64,000 nt of DNA from Squalus acanthias (Eukaryota): positions 682,001 to 746,000 of the forward strand of contig JASTWF010000109.1 in assembly GCA_030390025.1 (NCBI GenBank). The letters run 5' to 3'. Below, in pieces: positions 51,167 to 64,000 of this stretch. Below the pieces are notes generated by a model that made no database searches, was not told the DNA's origin, and worked only from the letters and a program-made list of their open reading frames with translations. Position numbers and translations under genes: made by a program. Within the stretch, counting starts at the first letter, position 1; the number at the start of each line of letters is the position of its first letter.

Positions 51167-54100
51167 TAGAAACATAGAAACATAGAAAATAGGTACAGGG
51201 GTAGACCATTCGGTCCTTCGAGCCTGCACCGCCATTCAATGCGTTCATGGCTGAACATGCTACCTCAGTACCCCATTCCTGCTTTCTCGCCATACCCCTT
51301 GATCCCCCTAGTTGTGAGTGTTATATCTAACTCACTTTTGAATATATTTAGCGAGCTGCCTCAACAACCTTCTGTGGAAGAGAATTCCATAGATTCACCA
51401 CTCTCTGGGTGAAGAAGTTCCTCCTCAGCTCAATCTTAAATGGCTTCCCCTTAATCCTTAGACTGTGACCCCTGGTTCTCTTTTTCCCTAACATTGGGAA
51501 CATTCTGCCCGCATATAATTTGTCTAAACCAGTCAGGATTTTAAATGTCTCTATAAGATCCCCCCTCATTCTTCTGAACTCCAGAGGATACAAGTTCAGT
51601 TGACCCAATCTTTCTTGATATGTCAGTCCGGCCATCCCAGGAATCAATCTAGTGAACCTTCGCTGCACTCCCTCAATAGCAAGAATGTCCTTCCTTAAGT
51701 TAGGAGACCAAAACTGCGCACAATACTCCAGGTGTGGCCTCACCAAGGCCCTGTACAACTGTAGCATCACCTCCCTACTCCTGTACTCAAATCCCCTTAC
51801 TATGAAGGCCATCATTCCGTTTGCTTTCTTGACTGCCTGCTGCACTTGCATTCCCACCTTCAGTGACTGATGTACCATGACGCCCAGGTCTCGTTGCACC
51901 TCCCCTTTCCCTAATCTGCCACCATTCAGGTAATAGTCCGCCTCTCTATTTTTACCACCAAAGTGGATAACCTCACATTTATCCACATTGTACTTCATCT
52001 GCCATACATTTGCCCATTCACCCAATCTGTCCAAGTCACTCTGTAGCCTCCTAGCATCCTCCTCATTGTTCACACTGCCTCCCAATTTAGTGTCATCCGC
52101 AAATTTGGAGATATTACATTTAATCCCTTCGTCCAAATCATTAATATATAATGTAAACAGCTGGGGTCCCAGCACCGAACCCTGCGGTACCCCGCTGGTC
52201 ACTGCCTGCCATTCTGAAAAGTACCCATTTACTCCTACTCTTTGTTTCCTGTGTGCCAACCAGTTCTCAATCCACGTCAACACATTACCCCCAATCCCAT
52301 GTGCTTTAACTTTGCTCACCAATCTCTTGTGTGGGACCTTGTCGAAGGCCTTCTGAAAGTCCAAATACACCACATCTACTGGTTCCCCCCTGTCCACCCT
52401 ATTGGAAACATCCTCAAAAAATTCCAGAAGATTTGTCAAGCATGATTTCCCTTTCACAAATCCATGCTGACTTGGACCTATCATGTCGCCACTTTCCAAA
52501 TGGTCTGTTATGACATCTTTAATAATTGCTTCCATCATTTTACCCACGACCGATGTCAGGCTGACCGGTCTATAATTCCCTGCTTTCTCCCTCCCTCCTT
52601 TTTTAAAAAGAGGGGTTACATTGGCCATCCTCCACTCCATCGGAACTGATCCAGAGTCTAAGGAATGTTGGAAAATGATCGTCAATGCATCCACTATTTC
52701 CAAGGCCACCTCCTTAAGTACTCTGGGATGCAGACCATCAGGCCCCGGGGATTTTTCAGCCTTCAGTCCCATCAATTTCCCCAATACCTTTTCCCGACTA
52801 ATAAGGATTTCCCTCAGCTCCTCCCTCTTACCAGATCCTCTGACCCCTTTTATTTCCGGCAGGTTGTGTCCTCCACAGTAAACACCGAACCAAAGTACTT
52901 GTTCAATTGATCTGCCATTTCCTTGTTCCCCATTACGACTTGCCCTGTTTCCGACTGCAGGGGACCTACGTTTGTTTTTACTAACTTCTTTCTTTTTACA
53001 TATTTATAGAAGCTTTTGCAGTCCATTTTAATGTTCTCTGCAAGCTTCCTTTCATATTTTATTTTCCCTGCCCTAATCAAACCCTTCGTCCCCCTTTGCT
53101 GAGTTTTGAAGTTCTCCCAGTCCCCGGGTTTGCTGCTACTTCTGGCCAATTTGTATGCAACTTCCTTGGTATTAATACTATCCCTGATTTCCCTTGTTAG
53201 CCATGGTTGAGCCACCTTCCCTTTTTTATTTTTACACCAGACCGGGATGTACAATTGTTGTAGTTCATCCATGCGATCTCTAAATGTCTGCCATTGCCCT
53301 TCCACTGATAGCCCCTTAAATATCGCTTCCAATTTAACCTCGCCAATTCACGCCTCATACCATCAAAGTTGCCCTTATTTAAGTTCTGGACCATGGTCTC
53401 TGACTTAACTGTTTCCTTCTCCATCCTAATGTAGAACTCCACCATACTATGGTCACTCTTCCCCAGGGGGCCTCGTACCACAAGATTGCTGATTAGTCCT
53501 TCCTCATTACACAACACCCAGTCCAGGATGGCCTCCCCTCGAGTTGGTTCCTCAACATATTGGTTTAGGAAACCATCCCTTAAACACTCCAGGAAATCCT
53601 CCTCCACCGTATTGCTTCCAGTTTGAGTAGCCCAATCTATATGCATATTAAAGTCACCCATGATAACTGCCGTGCCTTTTTTGCACGCACCTCTGATTTC
53701 CTGTTTCATACCCTCCCCCACCTCACTACTGCTGTTTGGAGGTCTGTACACAACTCCCACTAACGTTTTCTGCCCTTTGGTGTTCTGCAGCTCAACCCAT
53801 ATTGATTCCACATCCTCCAAGCTGATGTCCTTCCTAGCTATTGCATTAATCTCCTCTTTAACCAGCAATGCTACCCCACCCCCTTTTCCTTTTATTCTAT
53901 CCTTTCTGAATGTTGAATACCCCTGGATGTTCAGTTCCCAGCCTTGATTGTTCTGGAGCCACGTCTCTGTAATCCCAATCACATCGTATCCGTTAACATC
54001 TATTTGCACAGTCAATTCATCCACCTTATTACGGATACTCCTTGCATTAAGACACAGAGCCTTTAGGCTTATTTTATTAGCATCCTTTGTCCTTTTAGAC

Positions 54101-54540
54101 TTATGATTTAGTATGGCCCTTTGTGTTTCTTGCCTTTGTTTACTCGGCCTTCCCCTATTGTTTCTCACCCTTCTAACATTTGTTTCTGACTGCATATTAC
54201 TTCCCCCTGTTTCGCTACATAGGTTCCCCTTCCCCTGCCATATTAGTTTAAATCCTCCCGAACTGCTTTAGCAAATATTACCCCGAGGACATCGGTTCCA
54301 GTCCTGCCCAAGTGCAGACCGTCCCTTTTGTACAGGTCCCACTTCCCCCAGAACTGGTTCCAATGCCTCAGGAATTTGAATCCCTCCCTCCTGCACCACT
54401 GCTCAAGCCACGTATTCAATCTCACTATCCTGTTCTCTCTATTCTGATTAGCTCGTGGCCCTGGTAGCAATCCAGAGATTACTACCTTAGAGGTCCTACT
54501 TTTTAATTTAGCTCCTAGCTCCCTAAATTCTGCTCCCTAA
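51167..54540 (-). mobile_element. Young CR1 LINE: ORF1 C-terminus (SGNH-esterase-like) + near-complete ORF2 (APE-RT) with two frameshifts
   Basis: ORF1 54243-54470 (RDGLHL); ORF2 pieces 53197-54195 (LNARSI, GITETW, YRPP, GDFN, SDH), 52850-53332 and 51348-52784 (RT, FADD); tail (ttctatgt)n. Confidence 0.95.
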
Positions 54541-57485
54541 GTACCTCTAAACTGTTCCATCAATCAATGACAGGGCAGGTACAGCAAGTGTTTGAAAAAG
54601 AATAAAGATCCCTCTACACTGTCCCATCAAATCTCCCAGGGCAGGTACAACAAGTGTTAGATACAGAGTGAAGCTCACTCTAAACTGTCCCATCAAATAC
54701 TCCTAGGGCAGGTACAGCACGTGTTAGATACCGAGTAAAGCTCCTTCTAAACTGTCCCATCAAACACTACAAGGGCAGGTACAGCACGTGTTCGATTCAG
54801 AGTAAAGCTCCATCTGAACTTTCCAATCAAACACTCCCAGGGCAGGTACAGCAAGTGTTTGAATCAAAGCAAACCTCCGTCTAAACCTGCCCTTAAAACA
54901 CTCCAAGAGCAGGGACAGCACGGGTTAGATACAGAGTAAATCTCCCTCTGAACTTTCCCAGCATACACTCCCAGGGCAGGTACAGCAAAGATTAGATACA
55001 GAGTAAAGCTCGCTCTACACTGTAACATCAAACGCTCCCAGGGCAGGTACAGCAAGGGTTAAAAACAGAGTGAAGTTATCTCTTCACTGTCCCATTAACC
55101 ACGCCCTGGGCAATGAGAGCACGGATTAGATACATCGTAAAAGTCTCTCTAAACTGTCCAATCAATCCCTCCCAGGGCAGGAATGGCACGTGTTAAGTAC
55201 AGAGCGAAAGTCCCTCGAAACTGTCCCAGCAATCACTCTCAGGGCAGGTAAAGCACGTGTTAGATACATTGTAAAGTTCCATCTTAACTGACAGATCAAT
55301 TACTCCCAGGGCAGGGACAGCAAGGGTTAGATACAGAGTAAATCTCCCTCTAAAATTTCACTTCAAATACACCCAAGGCAGTTGCAGCAAGGGTTATATA
55401 CAGAGTAAATCTCCCTTTAAACTTTCCCAGTAAACACTCCCAGGCAGGAAGAGCAAGGGTAAGATAAAGAGTAAAGGTCCCTCTAAACTTTCCCAAAATG
55501 ATTCCCAGGGCAGGGACCGCACTTTTTAAATACATAGTAAAGATCCCACTACTCTTTTCCATCAAACACTCACAGGGCAGGTACAGCAAGGGTTGGATAA
55601 ATATTAAAGCCCGCTCTAAATTGTCACATCAAACACTGATAGGGCAGATACAGCGAGGGTTAAATACATAGAGCAGGACCCTCTAAACTGTCCCATCAAT
55701 CAATCCCAGGGCAGGGACATCACGTGTTAGATATATAGAAAAGCTCCCTCTATACTGTCCCTACAATCACGCCCTGGACAGGGACAGCACGGGTTTGAGA
55801 CAGAGTAAAAGACCCTCTAAACTTCCCATCAATCTCTCCCAGGGCAGTTACAGCAAGTGCTAGATACAGAGTAAAGCTCGCTCGACACTGTCACATCAAA
55901 CACTGACAGGGCAGGTTCAGCAAGGGTTAAATACAGAGTGAAGGACCCTCTAAACTGTCCCATCAATCACTCCCAGGACACGGACAGCACGTGTTAGATA
56001 CAGAGTACAGCTTCCTCTAAACTGTCCGACCAATTACTCCCAGGGCAGGGAGAACACGGGTTTAGTACATAATAAAAGTCAGTCTAAACTGTCCCACCAA
56101 TCACTCTCAGGGCAGGTAAAGCACGTGTTAGATACAGTGTACAGGTCCATCTAAACTGACACATCAATCAATCCCACGGCAGGGACAGCAAGGATTATAT
56201 TCAGAGTAAATCTCCGTCTAAACTGGCCCATCAATCAATGTCAGGGCAGGTATAGCACGGGTTAAATACATTATAAAGTTCGCTCTAAACTGACCCATCA
56301 ATCGCTCCCAGGTCAGGTACAGCAAGTGTTAGAAACAGAGTAAAGCTCCCTCTACACTGTCACACCAAACACTGACAGGGCAGGTACAGCAAGGGTTAAA
56401 TACAGAGTGAAGGATCCTCTAAACTGCCCCAGCAATCACTCCCAGGACAGGGAGAGCACGGGATGAATACAGAGTAAAAGTCACTTTAAACTGTCGTACC
56501 AAACATTCTCAGGGCTAGATACAGCACGTGTTCGATACAGAGTTAATCACCCTCTAAACTTTCCCATCAAACACCACCAGGGCAGTTACAGCAAGGGTTA
56601 CGTAAAGAGTGAAGGTCCCTCTAAACTGTCCCAGCAATCACTACCAGGGTAGGGAGCGCACTGGTTAAAAGCATAGTAAAAATCCCTCTACTCTTTTCCA
56701 TCAAACACTCCCACGGCAGGTACAGCAAGGGTTTGATGAAGAGTAAAGCTCCCTCTAAACTGTGCCATCAAACACACGCAGGGCAGGTACAACAAGCTCG
56801 CTCTGCACTGTCACATCAAATTCTGACAGGGCAGGCACAGCAAGGGTTAAATGAAGAGTAAAGCACCCTCTAAACTGTCCCATCAAACACACGCAGGGCA
56901 GGTACAACAAGTGTTAGATACAGAGTAAAGCTCGCTCTGCACTGTCACATCAAATACTGACAGGGCAGGCACAGCGAGGGTTAAAGGCAGAGTGAAGGAT
57001 CATCTAAACTGTCCCATCAATCACTCCCAGGGCAGAGACAGCCCCTGTTAGATACAGAGTAAGGCTCCCTCTGCACTGTCGCCTCAATCACTCCCAGGGC
57101 AGGGACAGCACGGTTCAGATATAGAGTGAAAGTTCCTCTAAACTGTCCCAGCAATCATTCCCAGGGCAGGGACAGTACGGGTTAAATACAGATTTAATCA
57201 CCATGAACACTTTCCCATCAAACACTCCCAGGGCAGTTACAGCAAGGGTTAGATACAGAGAAAAGCTCCCTGTTCATTTTCCCATCACTCTCTCCCAGGG
57301 CAGAGAGAGCACGTGTTAGATCCAGAGAAAAGGTCCCTCTAAACTGTCCCATGAATCATTCCCAGCGCAATGACATTACCGGTTTGATACAGAGTAAAGA
57401 TCCCTCTACACTGTCCAATCCAACACTCCCAGATCATTGAATTCGCAAGAAACATTTTACTGTAAATCTCCCTCTGTGCACTCCA
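54541..57485 (+). repeat. 67-bp satellite array
   Basis: Continuous diverged units. Confidence 0.93.
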
Positions 57486-57594
57486 TCGATTTGGTTCGAG
57501 GTCTAGACTTATGTCTGAGGGAAATTTTTCGAAGATGTTTGTCGTCTTGTTGTGGGGTAAAGACAATGAATCATCCTTTAGAGTCAAGACAGAA

Positions 57595-60350
57595 TGTGGA
57601 AATAGGAAAGAGAGACAGAGAGGGAGAGGATACATGAAATTATCACAAACACATTTGCCGTGTCTCTATGTACGGTGACTAACGGGAATCTTTCCCCATT
57701 CTGTCCGTGGATATCATCTTTACTTTGTTTTCCTTTAACTTAGAGAAATGTCCCAACAATCAGTAGTTGCTGGAATCCGTTAGGACATTTGCATTTCACT
57801 CTCTCTATTTCTGTGCTGTGTTGATGGGTAAACATTGATTGTGTTTCTGTCGCTCAATGCTCTAATCTGGGACTTCTATTTCTGTGTTTATTTACATAAA
57901 CGCCTCAATGGTTGCATTGAAGTGAACATGGCAGCAAAACCATATCAACAAAGTCACTTATTGATTCGTTTCAACTCACAACAAGGGTTTATTATAAGAA
58001 TATTGACAGTTGGTACAGAATGATTAGAAATATCTGGAACATTGCCATCGGTTAAAGTTTTGTTCAATAAGAAAAAATGTGATTTATATAAAAGGGAAAA
58101 ATATTACAATTAAAAATTCAGTGCTGAAAATTCTGCTGAAAAAATCAATGGGACATCTCTGAACAAGCTGGTATTTCACTGGATGTCCATTTAGCGGAAG
58201 CTTCAAGCAATTTAAACTAAACAAGTTAAGACAGTTAACAGAGGATTGAGGATAGGTTAACGGACAAAAACCGAGACAAGGAATAAACGGGTCTGTTTAA
58301 GGTTGGCAGGCTGTAACTAGTGGGGAGCTGCAAGTATCAGTGCTAGGGCCTCAGCTATTTACAATCTATATTAATGACCTAGATGAAGGGACAGAGTGTA
58401 ATGTATCCAAGTTTGCTGACGATACAAAGCTAGGTGGGAGAGCAAGCTGTGAGGAGAACATAAAGAATCTGCAAAGGAATATAGATAGACTAATTAAGTG
58501 GGCAGTAAAGTGTCAGATGGAGTATAATGTAGGGAAATGCGAGCTTATTCACATTGGTAGGTAGAATAGAAAAACAGAATATTTTTAATTTGGTGAGGAA
58601 CTTTTAAATGTGGATGTACAGAGAGATGTGGGTGTCCCCGTGCTAGAAACACAGAAAGCTAGCATGCAGGTACAGCAAGCAATAAGGAAGGCAAATGACA
58701 TGTTGGCCTTTAATGCAAGGAGGTTGGAATATAAGAGAAAGGAAGTCTTGCTCCAATTGTACAGGGCCTTGTTGAGACCAGACCTGGAGTACTGTGCACA
58801 GTTTTGGTTTCTTTATCTAAGGAAGGATATACTTGGATTCGAGTCGTTGCAACGAAGGTTCACTGGATTAATTCCTGGGATGAGTGGGCTGTCCTAAGAT
58901 GAGAGATTGTGCAGAATGGGCCTATATTCTCTGGAATTTCGAAGAATGAGAGGTGTTCTCATGGCATGCTCTTATACATACTTTATGGAAGCAGGGTTGG
59001 TCCCCTGGCTTGATGGTAATGGTAGAGTGAGGGATATACCGGGCCATGAGGATATATAATGTGGTGGAATAAAATTCTGTTGCTGCTGATGGCCCACAGC
59101 TCCTCAGGGATGCCCAGTTTTTTTATACCAGATCTGTCCTAAAACTATCCCATTTAGCACGGTGGTAGTGCCACACAACACGATGGAGTGTGTCCTCAGT
59201 TTGAAGACTGGACTTCGTCTCCACAATGAATGTGCCGTGGTCACTTCTACAAATTCTGTCAAGGACAGATGCATCTACAACAGTTAGATTGGTGAGGACG
59301 AGTTCAAGTAGGTTTTTCCTTCATGTTGGTTCTCTCACGACCTGAACCAGGCTCAGACAGGCAGTTATGTCCTTCAGGACTCTGCCAGCTCTGTCAGTAG
59401 TGGTGCTACTGAGCCACTCTTGGTGATGGACATTGAAGTCCCACACTCAGATTACATTCTGAGCCCTTGCTAATCGCAGCTTTTTCTTCCAAGTGGTGTT
59501 CAACATGGATAGTTATTGAATCATCAGCTGAGGGAGGGCGGTAGGTGGAAATCAGCAGGCGGTTTATTGCCAATGCTTGACCAGAAGCCATGAGACTTCA
59601 TGAGGCCCGGAGTCAATTCTGAGGACTCCCAGGGCCACTCCTTCCCGACTGTAGAAAACTGTGCCACCTTTCCTGGTGGGTCTGCCCTGCCGCTTGGACA
59701 TGACATACCAAGGCATGGTGCTGGAGGAGATTGGGACATCATTGATGGAACAGTAGAATTCCCTCTAACTGCTCCATCAAACACTCCCAGGGAAATTACA
59801 GCCCAAGTTAGCAACAGGGTAAAGTTCCCTCTACACTGACCGTTCAAACACTCCCAGCGCAGGTACGGCACGGATTAGATTCAGGGTAAAGATCCTTCTA
59901 CATTTACTCTTCAAACACTCCCAGGGCAGGTACAGGACGCGATATGTACAGAGAAAAGCACCCTCTACAATGTCCCATCCAACACTCAAAGGGCAGAAAC
60001 AGCATGATTTAGGTCCAGTGTAAAATTCCGCCTACAATCTCCCATCAAACAGTCCCAGGTCAGGTAAAGCACTTGTTCGATACAGAGTAAAGCTCACTCT
60101 ACATTATCCCATCAAACACTCCCCGTGCAATGTGCAGTACAGGTTAGATAAAGAGTAAAGCTCAATCTAAACTTTCCCATCAAACCCTCCCAGTGCAGTT
60201 ACAACAAGTGTTAGATACAGATTAAAGTTCCCGCTACACTGCCCCATTCGACACTGCCAGGGGATGTACAGAATTAGTTAGTTAAAGAATAAATCATGCT
60301 CTCCCATGGAAGGTACTGCACGGATTAGTTAAACAGTAAATCTCCCTCAA
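57595..60350 (+). repeat. Segmental duplicate of ~38100-41200
   Basis: Same order of unique segment, CR1 fragment, opposite-strand APE fragment and diagnostic satellite variants. Confidence 0.88.
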
Positions 60351-61340
60351 CACTGTGTCATCAATAACTCCCAGGGCAGGTACAGCACGAGTTAGATAAA
60401 GAGTAAAGCTAGCTCTACACTGACCTATCTAGCAATCCCAGGGCATTGACAGCACGCACTAGATACAGATGAAAACTCCTTCTACATTGTGCCATTAAAC
60501 TCTCCCAGGCAGGTAAAGCACGGGTTATATACAGAGTAAAGATTCTTCTGCCCTTTCTCATCAAAAACTCTCAGGGCAGGTACGGCATGCGTTATGCTCC
60601 CTCTACACTGCTCGATCCAACACTTGCATGGCAGGTACAGCATGGTTTAGGTCCAGAGTATAAATCCGTCTAAATTGCCCAATCATACACTCCCAGGGCA
60701 GGTACCGCATCCGTCTTATAGTGTGTTAAACTCCCTCTAAACTGTCCCGTCCAACACTCCCAGAGAAGTTACTGCATGGTTTAGGTCCAGAGCTAGACTC
60801 CGTCTAAACTGTCCCATCAATCACTCCCCGGTCAGGTACAGCACGTGTTAGATACAGAGTAAAGCTACCTCTAAACTGTCCCATCAATCACTCCCCGGTC
60901 AGCTACAGCACGTGTTAGATACAGAGTAAAGCTACCTCTAAAGTGTCCCATCAATCACTCCCAGGTCAGGTACAGCACGGGTTAGATAGAGAGTAAAGCT
61001 TCGTTTACAGTGTCCCATCAATCACTCATAGGTCAGTTATAGCATGAGTTAGATGCATAGTAAAAGCTCCCTCTACACTGTCCCATCAAACACACCCAGG
61101 AGAGGTACAACACGAGTTAGATGCATAGTAAAGCTCCCACTATACTGTCCCATCAATCACTCATAGGTCAATACAGCATGTGTTAGATACACAGTAAAGC
61201 TCCCTCTACACTGTCCCATCAAACACACCCAGGGTAGGTACAGCACGATTTAGATGCATAGTAAAGCTCCCTCTATACTGTCCCATCAATCACTCATAGG
61301 TCAGTTACAGCATGGGTTAGATGCACAGTAAAGCTCCCTC
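59735..61340 (+). repeat. 67-bp satellite array
   Basis: Continuous units. Confidence 0.92.
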
Positions 61341-63965
61341 ATGTAATAAGGGAACAGCTATAATTATGGGGGTTTTAACTAACATATTAACTAGACAAAT
61401 CAAATTGGGCAGGGCAGCCTTGAGGAAGAGTTTATTGAGTGTATTAGGGATGGATTTCTTGAGCAGTATATAACTGATCCTACAAGGGGGCAAGCAACCT
61501 TGGACCTGGTCCTGTGTAATGAGTCAGGATTAATTAATAATGTCCTAGTTAAGGATCCCCTTTGAATGAGTGACCATAACATGGTTGAATTCCATATCCC
61601 ATTAGACGGTGAGAAGGTTGGTTCTTAAACAAGCGTACTGAGCTTCAATAAAGGAGACAATGATGGTATGAGAGCGGAATTGATTAATGTGGACTGGGAA
61701 AATAGATTAAAGGGTAAGACGGTACATGAGCAGTGGTGTTCATTTAAGGAGTTATTTTACAACTTTCAAAAAATATATGTTCCACTGAGGAAAAAAGGGT
61801 GTAAAAGAAATGACAGCCATCTGTGGCTAAGTAAAGAAATTAAGGATAGTATCCGACTAAAACAAGGACATATAAGGTAGCCAAACTTAATGGGAGGATA
61901 GAAGATTGGGAAGTCTTCAAAAGACAGCAAAAAGTAACTAAAGGATTGATTAAGAAAGGGAAGATAGATTATGAAAATAAATTAGCAAAAAATATAAAAA
62001 CAGAGAGCAAGAGTTTCTATAGTTATATAAAAAGAAAAAGGGTGGTTAAGGCAAACGTAGGTCCCTTAGAGCATCAGACCAGGAAATTAATGGTGGGAAA
62101 CATGGAGATGGCAAAAATGATGAACAAATATTTTGTTTCACTCTTTACGGTAGAGGACACTAAGAATATCCCAACACTGGACTAATCGGGGGCTCTAGGG
62201 GGGGAGGAGCTAAATACGATTACAATCACTAAGGAATTGGAACTCAATAAAATAATGGGACTCAAGGCGGATAAATCCCCTGGACCTGATGGCTTACATT
62301 CTAGGGTCTTGAGGGAAGTGGCAGTAGGGATTGTGGATACTTTCGTAAGAATTTTCCAAAATTCACTGGACTCAGCAAAGGTCCCGGCAGATTGGAAAAC
62401 TGCTAATGTAACACCCTTATTTAAAAAGGGTAGTAGGCAGAAGGCTGGAAATTATAGACCAGTTAGCCTAACATCTGTGGTGGGTAAAATTTTGGAGTCT
62501 ATTATTAAGGAGACAGTAACGGAACATTTAGATAAACATAATTTAATAGGACAAAGTCAGCATGGCTTTATGAAGGGGAAGTCATGTCTGAGAAATTTGC
62601 TTGATTTCTTTGAGGACATAACGTACAGGGTGGATAAAGGGGAACCAGTGGACGTAATGTATTTAGACTTCCAGAAGGCATTCGACAAGGTGCCACATAA
62701 AAGATTATTGCTCAAGATAAAAAATCAAGGGATTGGGGGTAATATTCTGGCATGAGTGGAGGATTGGTTATCTAACAGGAAGCAGAGAGTTGGGATAAAT
62801 GGTTCATTCTCGGACTGGCAACCAGTGGCCAGTGGTGTTCCGCAGGGGTCGGTGCTGGGTTCCCAACTCTTTACAATCTATATTAACGATTTGGAGGAGG
62901 GGACCGAGTGTAAAATATCAAAGTTTGCAGGTGATATAAAGATGGGAGGGAAAGTAGAAAGTGAGGAGGACATTAAAAAACTACAAGGGGATATAGACAG
63001 GCTGGGTGAGTGGGCGGAGATTTGGCAGATGCAATACAATATTGGAAAATGTGAGGTTATGCACTTTGGCAGGAAAAATCAGAGAGCAAGTTATTATCTT
63101 AATGGCGAGAAACTGGAAAGTACTGCAGTACAAAGGGATCTGGGGGTCCTAGTGCAAGAAAATCAAAAAGTTAGTATGCAGGTGCAGCAGGTGATCAAGA
63201 AGGCCAACGGAATGTGGGCTTTTATTGCTAGGGGGATAGATTATAAAAACAGGGAGGTATTGCTGCAGTTATATAAGGTATTGGTGAGACCGCACCTGGA
63301 ATACGGCATACAGTTTTGGTGTCCATACTTAAGAAAATACATACTTGCTCTCGAGGCAGTACAAAGAAGGTACACTCGGTTAATCCCGGGGATGAGGGGG
63401 TGGACATAGGGGGAGAGGTTGAGTAGATTGGGACTCTACTCATTGGAGTTCAGAAGAATAAGAGGCGATCTTATTGAAACATATAAGATTGTGAAGGGGC
63501 TTGATCGGGTGGATGCGGTAAGGATGTTCCCAAGGATGGGTGAAACTAGAACTAGGTGGCATAATCTTAGAATAAGGGGCTGATCTTTCAAAACTGAGAT
63601 GAGGAGAAACTTCTTCACTCAGAGGATAGTAGGTCTGTGAAATTTGCTGCCCCAGGAAGCTGTGGAAGCTACATCATTAAATAAATTTAAAACAAAAATA
63701 GACAGTTTCCTAGAAGTAAAGAGAATTAGGGGTTACGGGGAGCGGGCAGGAAATTGGACATGAGGCTGAGTTCGGATCGGTCAAGGCCCTTTGGGTGGCG
63801 GCGGAGCGGGCCCAGGGGCTGAGTGGCCGGGTCCTGCTCCTACTTCTTGTGTTCTTTAGATTTGAGGTTAGCATCAGATCAGCCATGATCTTATTGAATG
63901 GCGGAGCAGGCTCGAGGGGCCGATTGGCCTACTCCTGCTCATATTTCTTATGTTCTTATGTTCTT
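61341..63965 (+). mobile_element. CR1 LINE, 5'-truncated, ORF2 with stops and frameshifts
   Basis: ORFs 62237-62755 and 62756-63409 (KSPGPDG, GNYRPVSLTS, LDFQKAFDKVPH, GVPQGSVLG); tail (ttcttatg)n; satellite resumes at 63965. Confidence 0.93.
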
Positions 63966-64000
63966 ACACTGTCCAATCATTCACGCCCAGGACAGTTACA

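Noticed and set aside
32900-61340. CRISPR-like array or coding ORFs in the 67-bp repeats
   Set aside because: Head-to-tail satellite without unique spacers in vertebrate DNA; the ORFs are repeat translations.

Overview
Eukaryotic (cartilaginous fish, shark-type) genomic DNA. Bases ~4.1-30 kb hold one complete immunoglobulin heavy-chain (IgM-type) minilocus on the minus strand: promoter, leader, VH (23-RSS), D1 (12/22-RSS), a J preceded directly by a D-type 12-RSS (apparent germline-joined D2-J), CH1, CH2, CH3a, CH4a, CH3b, CH4b with secretory tail, TM1 and TM2. The main oddity is a tandem duplication of the CH3-CH4-tail-polyA block. All splice sites are intact and phase-compatible, so a six-C-domain IgM is possible. 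The first copy's tailpiece is frameshifted to a short GKQCL-stop, while the second has a canonical tailpiece. Introns carry several minisatellites, including a 7.6 kb array that is CA-rich on the sense strand and lies between the secretory exon and TM1. The rest of the window (1-3.6 kb and 31.6-64 kb) is a 67-bp satellite interrupted by CR1 LINEs (one nearly intact) and a duplicated ~3 kb block, with a 168-N gap at 31463-31630. Comparisons to horn-shark IgM are from memory of the family and need confirming by alignment.
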